This document shows positions 34,354-44,542 of a stretch of 64,000 bases of DNA, in pieces. The number at the start of each line of letters is the position of its first letter. Within the stretch, counting starts at the first letter, position 1. The translations under genes were made by a program, and so were the position numbers. The DNA is from Phyllobates terribilis (lineage: Eukaryota): positions 247,070,001 through 247,134,000 of the forward strand of contig NW_027362767.1 of NCBI RefSeq assembly GCF_046119375.1, written 5' to 3'. The notes beneath the pieces were generated by a model, which worked only from the letters and a program-made list of their open reading frames with translations, did not search any database and was not told the DNA's origin.

Positions 34354-37300
34354 GTACCCCCCCCTTTAGGCCCCCTCTTTTTTAGGCCAGAAAGAAATTT
34401 TTCAAGGAGAAGCGGGGCGTTGATGTTCTCCCTGGGTTCCCAAGTTCTCTCCTCAGGACCAAACCCCTTCCAATCTACCAGAAAAAAGGTTTTTCCTCTT
34501 ACCCTCTTGGAGGCCAGAATACTCTCTACCTCAAAGATGTCATCAGCGGAAACCGGAGCAGGAGGGGCACCTGGATTTTTGGAAAAAGAGTTAAAGACAA
34601 CGGGTTTGAGGAGAGATACGTGGAAGGAGTTGGGGATCCGTAGGGTGGCCGGGAGTTTTAATTTGTAGGCCACAGGGTTAATTTGCCTGAGGACTTCGAA
34701 GGGGCCGATGAATCGAGGACCCAACTTGTAGGAGGGTATTTTGAGCTGCACATGTTTGGATGAGAGCCAAACCTTGTCTCCCGGACGGAATTGGGGCGGA
34801 TCCAGACGTCTCTTATCAGCATATCTCTTCATCCGCTCAGAGGAGAGAAGAAGAGCGGACCTGGTGCTCTCCCAAATAGTAGAAAATTCGCTGACAAGAG
34901 ACTCCGCAGCAGGGTTGTCCACAGAAACGGAGACAGGAAGTGGAATCCGGGGATGTTGGCCACCAACTATAAAGAACGGGGATTTGGAAGAGGACTCGCT
35001 CTCATGGTTGTTGTAAGAGAACTCGGCCCACGGTAGAAGATCCACCCAGTCCGAGTGGTGAGCATCCACGAAGTGCCGGAGGTAGCTGGACAAGATCTGA
35101 TTGATCCGCTCCACTTGACCATTGGACTGAGGGTGGTAAGCGGAGGAGAAATCCAGGGTAATGTCCAGCAGCTTACAAGTGGCTCTCCAGAAACGAGAGG
35201 TGAACTGAACCCCACGATCCGACACGATGTGGAGGGGCAGACCATGGAGACGGAAGATGTGGCGGATAAAGTCTTTAGCCAACTCGGGTGCAGACGGAAG
35301 ACCAGGCAGGGGAATGAAGTGGGCCATCTTAGAAAAACGGTCAGCGACAACCCAAATGACGGTACAACCGGCAGAAACTGGAAGGTCGGTGATAAAGTCC
35401 ATAGCGATGTGTTGCCAAGGAGCAGCAGGTACGGGAAGGGGCAGGAGATGGCCGGCAGGTAGATGTCGGGGAACTTTGTTACGAGCACAGGATGAACAGG
35501 CCGCGACAAAGTCTACCACGTCCTTACGTAGGGTAGGCCACCAGTAATGCCGGGCAATAAGTTGAAAGGTCTTTTTTTGGCCAGCATGGCCAGCTAGTTT
35601 AGAAGAATGTCCCCAGCGAAGAACCCTCTCCCGATCTGGCACAGCTATGAACGTCTTACCGGGTGGAAGATGAGTTAGATCCAAGGGAGCCACATTCATC
35701 ACCTTGGAGGAGTCGATGATGTGCGTAGGTTCCTCCTCTTGATCGGAGGACAGGAAAGACTGAGACAAGGCATCAGCTTTGACGTTCTTGTCCGCCGGAC
35801 GGAAATGAAGAGTGAAGTCGAAGCGGGCAAAAAACAACGACCACCGGGCCTGGCGAGGATTGAGCCTCTGGGCATTTTGGAGATATGCCAGGTTTTTGTG
35901 ATCCGTGTAGATAATTACCGGGTAGAGAGCCCCTTCAAGCAGATAGCGCCACTCTCCTAGTGCCAATTTGATGGCTAGCAATTCCCGGTCTCCAATGGAG
36001 TAGTTGCGCTCCGACGAGGAGAAGATTTTGGAGAAGAAGCCGCACGTTACCATTCTCCCGGTAGAAGACTTCTGGGTGAGCACCGCTCTGGCTCCGGAGG
36101 AGGAAGCATCAACCTCCAGGTAGAATTGTTTATTACAGTCCGGACGGTGCAGGACGGGAGCAGAGGCGAAGGCTTTCTTTAGGGAAAGGAAGGCCTCCTC
36201 GGCTTCAGGCGACCATATCCTGGGGTTAGCCCCCTTACGGGTAAGTGCAGATATGGGAGCAGTCCGAGACGAGAAGTGTGGGATGAAAAGACGATAATAA
36301 TTAGCGAAGCCCAGGAATCGCTGTATCGCCTTCAAACCTTCAGGACGAGGCCATTTTAGAATGGAAGAGAGCTTCTCGGGATCCATTTGCAGACCTGTTT
36401 GGGAGATGACATAGCCCAAGAACGGAAGGGAGGTCTGATCGAAGAGGCACTTCTCGTATTTGGCGTAAAGGTGGTTCTGCCGAAGCCTAAGCAGGACCTG
36501 ACGAACATCCCTCCGGTGTGTGGGGAGATCCGGAGAGAAGACCAAGATATCGTCCAGGTATACCACTACGCAGGAGTACAGGAGGTCACGGAAGATGTCA
36601 TTGACTAGTTCCTGAAAGACCACGGGAGCATTACAGAGACCGAAGGGCATCACAAGGTACTCGTAGTGACCGTCCCGGGTATTGAATGCCGTCTTCCACT
36701 CGTCTCCTTGACGGATACGGACCAGATTATACGCTCCTCGAAGATCCAGCTTGGAGAAGATCCTGGCGCCCTTGAGCCGGTCAAACAATTCGGAGATGAG
36801 TGGCAGGGGATATTTGTTTTTTACCGTAATGAGATTGAGTCCTCTGTAGTCAATACAGGGACGTAGCGAGCCGTCTTTCTTTTTGACAAAGAAGAATCCG
36901 GCTCCAGCCGGGGAGGTAGATTTTCGGATAAATCCCCTAGCCAGATTCTCTTCAATGTACTCAGACATGGCTCGGGTCTCGGCTGCAGATAACGGGTAGA
37001 TACGCCCACGGGGAGGAGTGGTGCCAGGTACCAGGTCGATCGGGCAATCGTATGGCCTATGGGGCGGCAACGTCTCAGCTTCCTTCTTACCGAAGACGTC
37101 CGCATAGGGCCAGTAGGGAGCCGGGAGACCAGGTGAGTTAGCTGGAGTAGGCTGAGGGCGAAGTGGACGGACCGGAACCAGGCAGGTCCTATGGCAGTCA
37201 GGACCCCATCGGAGTACTTCACTCGACCGCCAGTTCAATACGGGTTCATGTGTCTGGAGCCAAGGTAGACCTAGCAACAAGGAGTGAGAAAGTCCGGACA

Positions 37301-37622
37301 GCACATGGAATGAGATCTCCTCAGAGTGCAGCATTCCCACCTGTAGGGTTATAGGTTCGGTGACGAGCAGGATTTTCTCCGAGAGAAGTCTTCCATCCAC
37401 GGAAGCAACTGACAATGGCTCCGCCAGGGACTTGGTGGGAATATGGTATCTCTCTACCAGAGACTGGGCGATGAGGTTTCCAGCAGCTCCAGAATCCAGA
37501 TGGGCGAGTTCGAAGAGACGGTTTTCTCCCCAAGCAATAGAGACCGGTAAGGTCAGAGACGGAGAGGACTTACTTTTGTCTAGGACGACCTCTCCGAGTG
37601 GTCCTAGACACTGGCGTTTCCC
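34194..37622 (-). CDS. pol: Pol (protease-RT-RNase H-integrase-chromodomain), entered by -1 frameshift
   Basis: Frame is open from the GGGAAAC site through LDSGA (protease), YLDDIL (RT), EVDAS (RNase H), HHCC and DDE integrase (MDFIT/SDRG/GQVER), GPF and a chromodomain (FLVDWKGFGPEERTWEP); continuous with the 1073-aa ORF at 34194-37415. Confidence 0.93.
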   Translation of the reverse strand, partial: GKRQCLGPLGEVVLDKSKSSPSLTLPVSIAWGENRLFELAHLDSGAAGNLIAQSLVERYHIPTKSLAEPLSVASVDGRLLSEKILLVTEPITLQVGMLHSEEISFHVLSGLSHSLLLGLPWLQTHEPVLNWRSSEVLRWGPDCHRTCLVPVRPLRPQPTPANSPGLPAPYWPYADVFGKKEAETLPPHRPYDCPIDLVPGTTPPRGRIYPLSAAETRAMSEYIEENLARGFIRKSTSPAGAGFFFVKKKDGSLRPCIDYRGLNLITVKNKYPLPLISELFDRLKGARIFSKLDLRGAYNLVRIRQGDEWKTAFNTRDGHYEYLVMPFGLCNAPVVFQELVNDIFRDLLYSCVVVYLDDILVFSPDLPTHRRDVRQVLLRLRQNHLYAKYEKCLFDQTSLPFLGYVISQTGLQMDPEKLSSILKWPRPEGLKAIQRFLGFANYYRLFIPHFSSRTAPISALTRKGANPRIWSPEAEEAFLSLKKAFASAPVLHRPDCNKQFYLEVDASSSGARAVLTQKSSTGRMVTCGFFSKIFSSSERNYSIGDRELLAIKLALGEWRYLLEGALYPVIIYTDHKNLAYLQNAQRLNPRQARWSLFFARFDFTLHFRPADKNVKADALSQSFLSSDQEEEPTHIIDSSKVMNVAPLDLTHLPPGKTFIAVPDRERVLRWGHSSKLAGHAGQKKTFQLIARHYWWPTLRKDVVDFVAACSSCARNKVPRHLPAGHLLPLPVPAAPWQHIAMDFITDLPVSAGCTVIWVVADRFSKMAHFIPLPGLPSAPELAKDFIRHIFRLHGLPLHIVSDRGVQFTSRFWRATCKLLDITLDFSSAYHPQSNGQVERINQILSSYLRHFVDAHHSDWVDLLPWAEFSYNNHESESSSKSPFFIVGGQHPRIPLPVSVSVDNPAAESLVSEFSTIWESTRSALLLSSERMKRYADKRRLDPPQFRPGDKVWLSSKHVQLKIPSYKLGPRFIGPFEVLRQINPVAYKLKLPATLRIPNSFHVSLLKPVVFNSFSKNPGAPPAPVSADDIFEVESILASKRVRGKTFFLVDWKGFGPEERTWEPRENINAPLLLEKFLSGLKKRGPKGGGTVASTSLPRSRQRRRPSHLPAPGAASSSAALPAASGARSFSGSVLRARALPLS

Positions 37623-38539
37623 GGCTTTTCCGGGCAGGAACGGATGAAGTGCTTCTTACTGCCACAATAGAAACAGCTTCCCTCGGCTCGGCGAGATTCT
37701 TGGCGAGAACCGACCATCTTGGTCTGGTCGACCTGCATAGGCTCAGGAGAGACGGAGGGAGTGACGGGTTGCTGAAAAGTAGGAGCTAAGCGTGGAAACC
37801 TCCTCTCACGGGTGACCTCTTTGGCACGCTCCTGGAACCGCAGGTCAATCCGGGTGGCAAGAGCTATCAGGTCATCGAGGGTGGTAGGAATGTCCCGACC
37901 GGCAAGTTCATCTTTAATACGGCCGGACAGACCCTCCCAGAAGACTGAAACCAGAGCGTCATTATCCCAGGCCAGCTCCGAGGCAAGGGTACGGAACCGT
38001 ATGGCATATTGGCCCACGGTGAGGCTTCCCTGACGGAGGCGTAGCAGTGACGATGCGGATGAGGTCTTCCGTCCGGGTTCGTCGAAGACTTTCCGGAAGG
38101 CCGTGAGAAAGGCAGGCAAGTTGGACACCAGGGGGTCTCCTCTCTCCCATAGAGGATTTAGCCAGGCCAGAGCCTCTCCGGTGAGATGGGACATGATGAA
38201 GGCAATTTTGGCCCGGTCGGAGTTAAACTGGTGGGACAGGAGTTCAAAGTGCAGGGTGCACTGATTTATGAAGCCCCGAGCCTGAGCGGAGTCGCCTCCG
38301 AAGCGAGGAGGTGCAGAAAGCCGGGGTCCGGGGTAGGATACCATAGTGTTGGTGGACAGCGGAGCTGTCGGATTGCGAATCATGGCGCTGGCGGAGGTTG
38401 TTGGCGGAGCAGTCAGAGTGTCCAGGCGAGAATTGACATTCCGCAGGTGACCCAGGATGGACTCCTGTTGGGACCTCTGGCGGGACAGTTCATGACACAG
38501 GTCCGAGAGCGAGGGAGCTTGGGTGCCACCGGGTTCCAT
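37604..38539 (-). CDS. gag: Gag (capsid plus CCHC zinc knuckle), 311 aa
   Basis: ATG at 38539 directly after the PBS; RGFINQC, LTGEALAW, LRQGSLTVGQYAIRF, CFYCGSKKHFIRSC; stop TAG at 37606-37604. Confidence 0.92.
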   Translation of the reverse strand: MEPGGTQAPSLSDLCHELSRQRSQQESILGHLRNVNSRLDTLTAPPTTSASAMIRNPTAPLSTNTMVSYPGPRLSAPPRFGGDSAQARGFINQCTLHFELLSHQFNSDRAKIAFIMSHLTGEALAWLNPLWERGDPLVSNLPAFLTAFRKVFDEPGRKTSSASSLLRLRQGSLTVGQYAIRFRTLASELAWDNDALVSVFWEGLSGRIKDELAGRDIPTTLDDLIALATRIDLRFQERAKEVTRERRFPRLAPTFQQPVTPSVSPEPMQVDQTKMVGSRQESRRAEGSCFYCGSKKHFIRSCPEKPGNASV

Positions 38540-38552
38540 GGCCCGAGCAAAC

Positions 38553-39539
38553 TGTAACGGGTCTGGGAGGCGGAACCTCTGAGCTACTATACAAGGGGGC
38601 GGTCCTTGTAAGGGAGCGGGTGACAATCAGGGATGACGGGCAGGCAGTCACAGCAGGTGACCAGGACAGTCTCTGAGTGGACGGGCTGGAGGTCACGGAA
38701 AGTGACCGGGGCAGTCTCTGGATAAACGGGCAGGGAGTTACGGCAAGTGACCGGGGCAGTCTCTGGATGAACGGGCAGGGAGTTACGGCAAGTGACCGGG
38801 GCAGTCTCTGGGTAAAGGGTAGGTACGACCTGTGATGGCAGAGCCTCCGGGTAGGCTAGCAGGCAGATGGTAGATGTGTGCTCCCAGGTGAGCAAGCGAG
38901 AGTCTCTGGAATGGTAGGTGGTCACAGCACGTGACGGCGAAGCCTCCAGGTAGGCTAGCAGGCAGGTAACAGGTGGGCGCTCCCAGGTGAGCGGGCAGGA
39001 GTCTCTGGAAAGGCAGATGGTCACAGCACGTGACGGCGGAGCCTCCAGGTAGGCTAGCAGGCAGGTAACAGGTGTGCGCTCCCAGGTGAGCGGGCAAGCT
39101 GGTACATAGACAGACTGACAGGAGTTGGAAGGCAGACCGTCGGACCTCAGGCTAGCAGGCAGGTGACTGGATATCAGGCAGGACAAAGGCAGCAAGCTGG
39201 CAGGAATCTGGCAGGTAACTGGCAGGTAACTGGCAACGGGACCTGAGGGCTGAAGCACAGGTGAGACACAGGTGCAAACAACATTGCTCGGGCACCTCCA
39301 TTTTGGAGGAGGTGCCCTTTATATGGGAGGTCCTCCGGCAATTGGCCGGGGACTCCTTAGGACGGCGCGCGCGGTCCCTTTAAGAGAGGGGGAGCGCGCG
39401 CGCCCTAAGCACACTGCCGGGGAAGGAGCGCGCGCCGGAAGCAGCGGGGAGAGCAGCGCTGGAGGACGCCGCGCCAGGAGCGGGGAGGTGAGAGGGACGG
39501 CGTCTCTGCCTAGAACGGGGCAGAGACGTCGATGCTACA
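38553..39539 (-). repeat. 5' LTR of the Gypsy element
   Basis: Direct repeat of 33367-34353; about 5 substitutions seen by eye and no net indel; TATAAA on the minus strand at about 39318-39323. Confidence 0.95.
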
Positions 39540-39649
39540 TATACTAAGGACGGCGCTATACATAATAAGTGAGTACACTATATACTAAGGGACTGTGCTA
39601 TACATAATAAGTGAACACATATACTAAGGGACTGTACTATACATAATAA

Positions 39650-39894
39650 GGCTACATTCCTGCATCTGTGTGCAGTGTCGGTGTGCTGCCCTGTTTTATA
39701 GATGCATTGAGCATGTCCTATTCTGATCCTCAAAATCGGATCAGAACAGGACATTCTCTGACCCTCACAGATTTCATTCTCAGATCCGTGATTTTCATGG
39801 ATGTGTGAATGGATCTATAAAACTCTATGAGTCCTTGGACCATCCCATAAAAAAATCTGGCAGCACACGGACATTTCACACAGTGAATGCAGCC
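39650..39894. mobile_element. PIF/Harbinger-like MITE
   Basis: TIRs GGCTACATTC / (rc) GGCTGCATTC with TAA on both flanks. Confidence 0.65.
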
Positions 39895-40339
39895 TAAGGG
39901 ATTTTACATGTAACATTATCGCTCCAAGTCACACAGCGCAGATACAGAATAATATTTACATCCAGGCACTTGCTACTGACATCTCATCTGATCAGAGTCG
40001 GTTTCTGCTGTTTCTTCTCCATCTTGTCAGACCTTCATGTCGACATCTCCCAGCCACGACTCGTCTTATCACGATGATCTCCAGCCTAGAAAATAACAAG
40101 GTCACATATATTATATACATACATGTGTCTCCCCTGCACTGCGCCCCCGAATACAGATATATACCCCCCCATCAATATACTATTAGCCTCTTAGTAATCA
40201 AAATCTAAAGTGATAAGCAGCACTGTGCCCCCCAGTAACTATAGTCTCCACCGGCCAATAATATAAATTATTAAGTCTCTGTGACTCTCCCCAATTAACT
40301 GTAAGGCTATGTGCACACGGAAATTATACAAGCACCGCC

Positions 40340-41070
40340 ATCATTGCTCTCTTCCAGGACCCCCGTCATTGCTCTCTCCCAGCACCCCCCCCGTCATTGC
40401 TCTCTTCCAGGACCCCCCATCATTGCTCTCTCCAAGCACCCCCGTCATTGCTCTCTCCCAGCAACCCCGTCATTGCTCTCTCCCAGCATCCCTGTCATTG
40501 CTCTCTCCCAGCATCCCCAGTCATTGCTCTCTCCCAGCAACCCCCCGTCATTGCTCTCTCTCAGCACCCCCCCGTCATTGCTCTCTCCCAGCAACCCCGT
40601 CATTGCTCTCTCCCAGCATCCCCGTCATTGCTCTCTCCCAGCATCCCCCGTCATTGCTCTCTCCCAGCACCCCCCCATCATTGCTCTCTCTCAGCACCCC
40701 TCGTCATTGCTCTCTCCCAGCATCCCTGTCATTGCTCTCTCTCAGCACCCCCCGTCATTGCTCTCTCCCAGCAACCCCGTCATTGCTCTCTCCCAGCATC
40801 CCTGTCATTGCTCTCTCCCAGCACCCCCCCGTCATTGCTCTCTCCCAGCATCCCTGTCATTGCTCTCTCCCAGCAACCCTCATCGTTCCTCTCCCAGCAC
40901 CCCCATCATTTCTCTCTCCCAGCACCCCCATCATTTCGCTCTCCCAGCAACCCGTCATTGCTCTCCCCATCATTGCTCTCCCCAGCCCCACCATCCCGAA
41001 CATTGCTCTCCCCAGCCCCACCATCCCCATCACTGCCCTCCCCAGCCCCATCACTGCTCTCCCCAGCCCC
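40340..41070. repeat. Pyrimidine-rich minisatellite (CATTGCTCTCTCCCAGCAYCCC)
   Basis: Degenerate ~25-29-bp tandem units inside the hAT-like element. Confidence 0.85.
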
Positions 41071-44000
41071 ATCACTGCGCAGAGATGCAGGGATTGCTCC
41101 TTGCCCGCCGCAAGCAGGGACAAGCTGCACCAGCGCCCCCCCGGTCAGCTGCACCGGCGGCGGTATATCCGCCCCTGGACTGCTATGGGGCCCCCCGGCT
41201 CACGGGCCCCATAGCAGTCACGTGGCCTGCCGCCATTGGCGGTACGCCACTGTCTAAGGGGTTAAGCTGCCGTGATTGGAGATAGCTCTTATCACAGCAG
41301 CTAGACTTAGGTGTGAGCTGTATACCACAGCTGGCTCCAGCGCTGCATATTCATATATATGTCATCGGAGGCCAGGGGCTGCATCTCGGAGATACGCCAA
41401 AGAATTGTTGGCAGTTTCCCCTGATTTCCCCTAAGTCGATGGCTTAAAAATGCAACATTTCCACAACGAATCAGTAGTGGATCTAGTGCAGCCCCTTTCA
41501 TGCGGACACGATTAGTTATTCCCTTGATTTCCAACCGTTGGTGTATTTCTAAAACAGCGGATGGGTAGCAGCGAATAAGCAAACATTTTCCCTGCAGAGG
41601 GCGCTATAGAAGAGATATATTACTGTATGGCATCTATGTGGCCCTAATAGGTCATAACGTCTGGTGTTGTCTTTATCAAAGTTTCTCAATATTCAGTTTA
41701 GGCAAATTTGTCTCCATGGGTAGTTGGGTGACTGACTACTTAAACTCCAGCCGCTGGAAGTGCTCCCTGCGTCTGACCTGCTGTTGGGTAGTCTCCTGCG
41801 TGCCCCATTTACATTGCCACTGCAGTATGAGACACAGCCACAAGAGCAAGTATAGCGCTGTGCCTGGTAATCTAGAGGGGTAACAAAAGTCAGGGATCAG
41901 TCACCATCCACCACACAGGCCTCATCTAAGCAGCATTTATCATTCTGCATGTGGCAATGGATTCTCATTTTTTTGTTTGTTTCAGAATGAAAATATGGCC
42001 ACCGGCTTCAAGGTGGAAATAGATCACACATCATACCAGGACTGTCAAAAATCGAAACCTGGTAAGATGACACAATTTTTGAGTGGTTCTGCATTTCCAA
42101 TTATTATTTTTTTAATGTGGTTCCTACTTTCAAATCTCATGGGCCCAACTATATAGAGGTATAGTGTTTGCCAGTCTATGGGTGCACCATGTGGCACCCA
42201 AACACAATTAGGTCCAGAAATATTTGGACAGTGACACAAGTTTTGTCATTTCAGCTATTTACCAAAACATGTTCCAGTAATATAATCACTATGGGCTTAA
42301 AGTGCAGACTCTCTACTTTAATTTGAGGGTATTCACATCCTAATTGGTGTAAGGGTTTAGAAATTACACCTCTTTAATATGTAGCTGTCTCTTTTTAAAT
42401 GTACCAAAGTAATTGGACAATTATCTCAAAAGCTCTTTAATGGGCTGCATGTGACTTTCCCTCATTAATCCATCATCAATTAAGCAGGTAAAAGATCTGG
42501 AGCTGATTACATGTGTGGCATTTGCATTTGGAAGCTGTTGCTGTGAACCCACAAAATGCTGTGAAAGGAGCTCTCACTGGAAGCGAAACAGTCCATCATT
42601 AGCCTCGAAAAAAAAATCCTTCAGAGAGATTTCGGAAATGTTAGGAGTGGCCAAATCAATGTTTGGGTACATTGTGAAAAAAGAGCGCACTGGTGAGCTT
42701 GGAAACTTAAAAAGTACTGGATACTCATAGAAAACAACAGTGGTGGATGACCGCAGAATTCTTTCCATGGTGAAGAAAAACCCCTTCATAACATCCACCC
42801 AAGTAAAGAACACTCTCCAGGAAGTCAGTGTTTCAGTATCTAAGTCTACTTTGTAGCAAAGCCAGGTATACAGGCTATGACTAGGTGGCTAGCTCTGCAT
42901 ATAACCAGGCTAGGTGTTCATCTATGTCAGTCAGCTGGGAGAAGCTGAGCACAGTGGATTGGGTTGGAGTGGGAGAGAGACAAGCCAGAATCTTTCTGAG
43001 AAGAGACTGCACCAAACTGCAAATATCACTGGTTTCTAGGGACAACAGCTGTTTTGTGAGACCGAACTGGGACTAGCTCACCCGCGTATGAGTAGCCAGG
43101 GTCTATTTTGTGTAGTTAGCACCTGGACAAGGCAAGAATCCAGTGCCTGTGTAAACACTACCTAATGCCTACCTGAGAGTGTGAATCCCTAAAATTAGTG
43201 GATGAACTGCGGGCGTGAAGTCCCAGTGAGCACAGGCGATTGCAATGTGAAGATTGAATGTCCAGGTAAATGCAGCTACAGCATTGCGAACAGTCTGAAA
43301 GCATGGAGGAGCTTTTTAAGCGATTACTCCAGGTGCAGCTGCAGTTGCAGCAGCAGCAGACCCAGCAGGAAACCAACAAACTCCTGATCCAGTAGTTACA
43401 ACAGCAGCAGCAGATTGCTCTTCTGGCAGAACCTGTCCAGGCCAGGGAGGCAGTACCATCCACCAGCCAAAGTGAAGGTATATGGGTGAAGCAAATGGCA
43501 CAGGAGACCTTGCAGAAAATGACTCTGGGGGATGACATACGACCTTGCCATACAGGATGCCAAGGAGTACGGCAAGCTGAAGGTGGAGATTATGGCATGT
43601 AACCCTGGCCGTCATTGTGCAACGGGTGAACCTCTGGTGCTACCACAGGGACAAGCCTCCTTTGTCCCAGAGGTTCGACCTGTTACAGCTGGTGCAAAAA
43701 TGGCTGCAGCCTGAGACCTGCTCTCCTGCCCAGATGGTGGAAAGAGTCGTGGTGAACCGGTTTATCCACTCTACCTCAAGCCATGCAAAGCTGGGTTGCC
43801 CAAGGAAGGAAATCCCCAGAATGCAGAAGACCTTGTGAGCCTCATGGAAAGATACTTGGCTGTAAAGAACACCCTGAGCAATCAAGGGAGCCTGAGGTCA
43901 TATTTCTGGTATATGCAAAATAAGGACCCCAAGACCACAACTTACAGGTGTCCAAAGACTCAGGAGGGGTCAGAGCCCCTGAGGTTCAATGGGTACATCT

Positions 44001-44542
44001 CGTACCAATGTCTGTTGGAGGTGTTGTGTCCTGGGTCATATATCATGGGCAGAGGTTCTTGCTCTATACCTCTATGGCTGCAGCCAGAAACCTGCTCTCC
44101 AGCACAAATCGTGGAAAGAGTGGTAGTGGACAGATTTGTCCACTCATTACCTAAATCCATGCACAACTGAGTTGCCCAGGGAGATCCCAGAACTCAGATG
44201 ATTTAGTGAGCTTGGTAGAAAGATACTTGGCTGTGGAGAACTTTCTGAGCAGTGAAGGGAGCCTGAGGTCACCTTTCAGGAAAACCCAAAAGAAGGGGAC
44301 CAAGATCACCTCTGAGGTACACCCAAGGTCCCAGGAGGTGTCAGAATCAGGTTCAAGGGGTACATCTCGTAACATTGTCTGTTGGAGGTGTCGTGTCCCG
44401 GGTCATATATCATGGGCAGAGGTTCTTGCTCCATACCTTACTGGGGAACTGCAGAAAGCGTACTACAACCTTGCCCTGCATGATGCCATGGAGTATGGCA
44501 AGCTGAAGGCAGAGATTATGGCACATTTGGGCGTAACCCAGT

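Larger units (their letters stand above)
33367..39539 (-). mobile_element. Full-length Ty3/Gypsy chromovirus (Tf1/sushi-type) LTR retrotransposon, 6173 bp
   Basis: Two 987-bp LTRs with TG...CA ends at constant offset 5186; 5-bp TSD TATAC (33362-33366, 39540-39544); PPT just inside the 3' LTR (about 34354-34378); gag and pol uninterrupted. Confidence 0.97.
32847..41252. mobile_element. Non-autonomous hAT-like element hosting the Gypsy, a MITE and minisatellites
   Basis: TIRs CAGGGGCGTAC / (rc) CAGTGGCGTAC; perfect 8-bp TSD TCTAAGGG at 32839-32846 and 41253-41260; no transposase. Confidence 0.85.

Noticed and set aside
38587-39258. 223-aa ORF in each LTR (also 33401-34072)
   Set aside because: GTG start, built from internal LTR repeats, no domain; intact in both LTRs simply because they are near-identical.
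40309-41285. 286-324-aa Pro/Ser/Leu-rich ORFs
   Set aside because: Pyrimidine-rich minisatellite open in all three frames.
43194-43215. tRNA-Ala-like PBS of the Gmr1-type element
   Set aside because: Too degenerate (TAGTGGATGAACTGCGGGC) to assign a tRNA.
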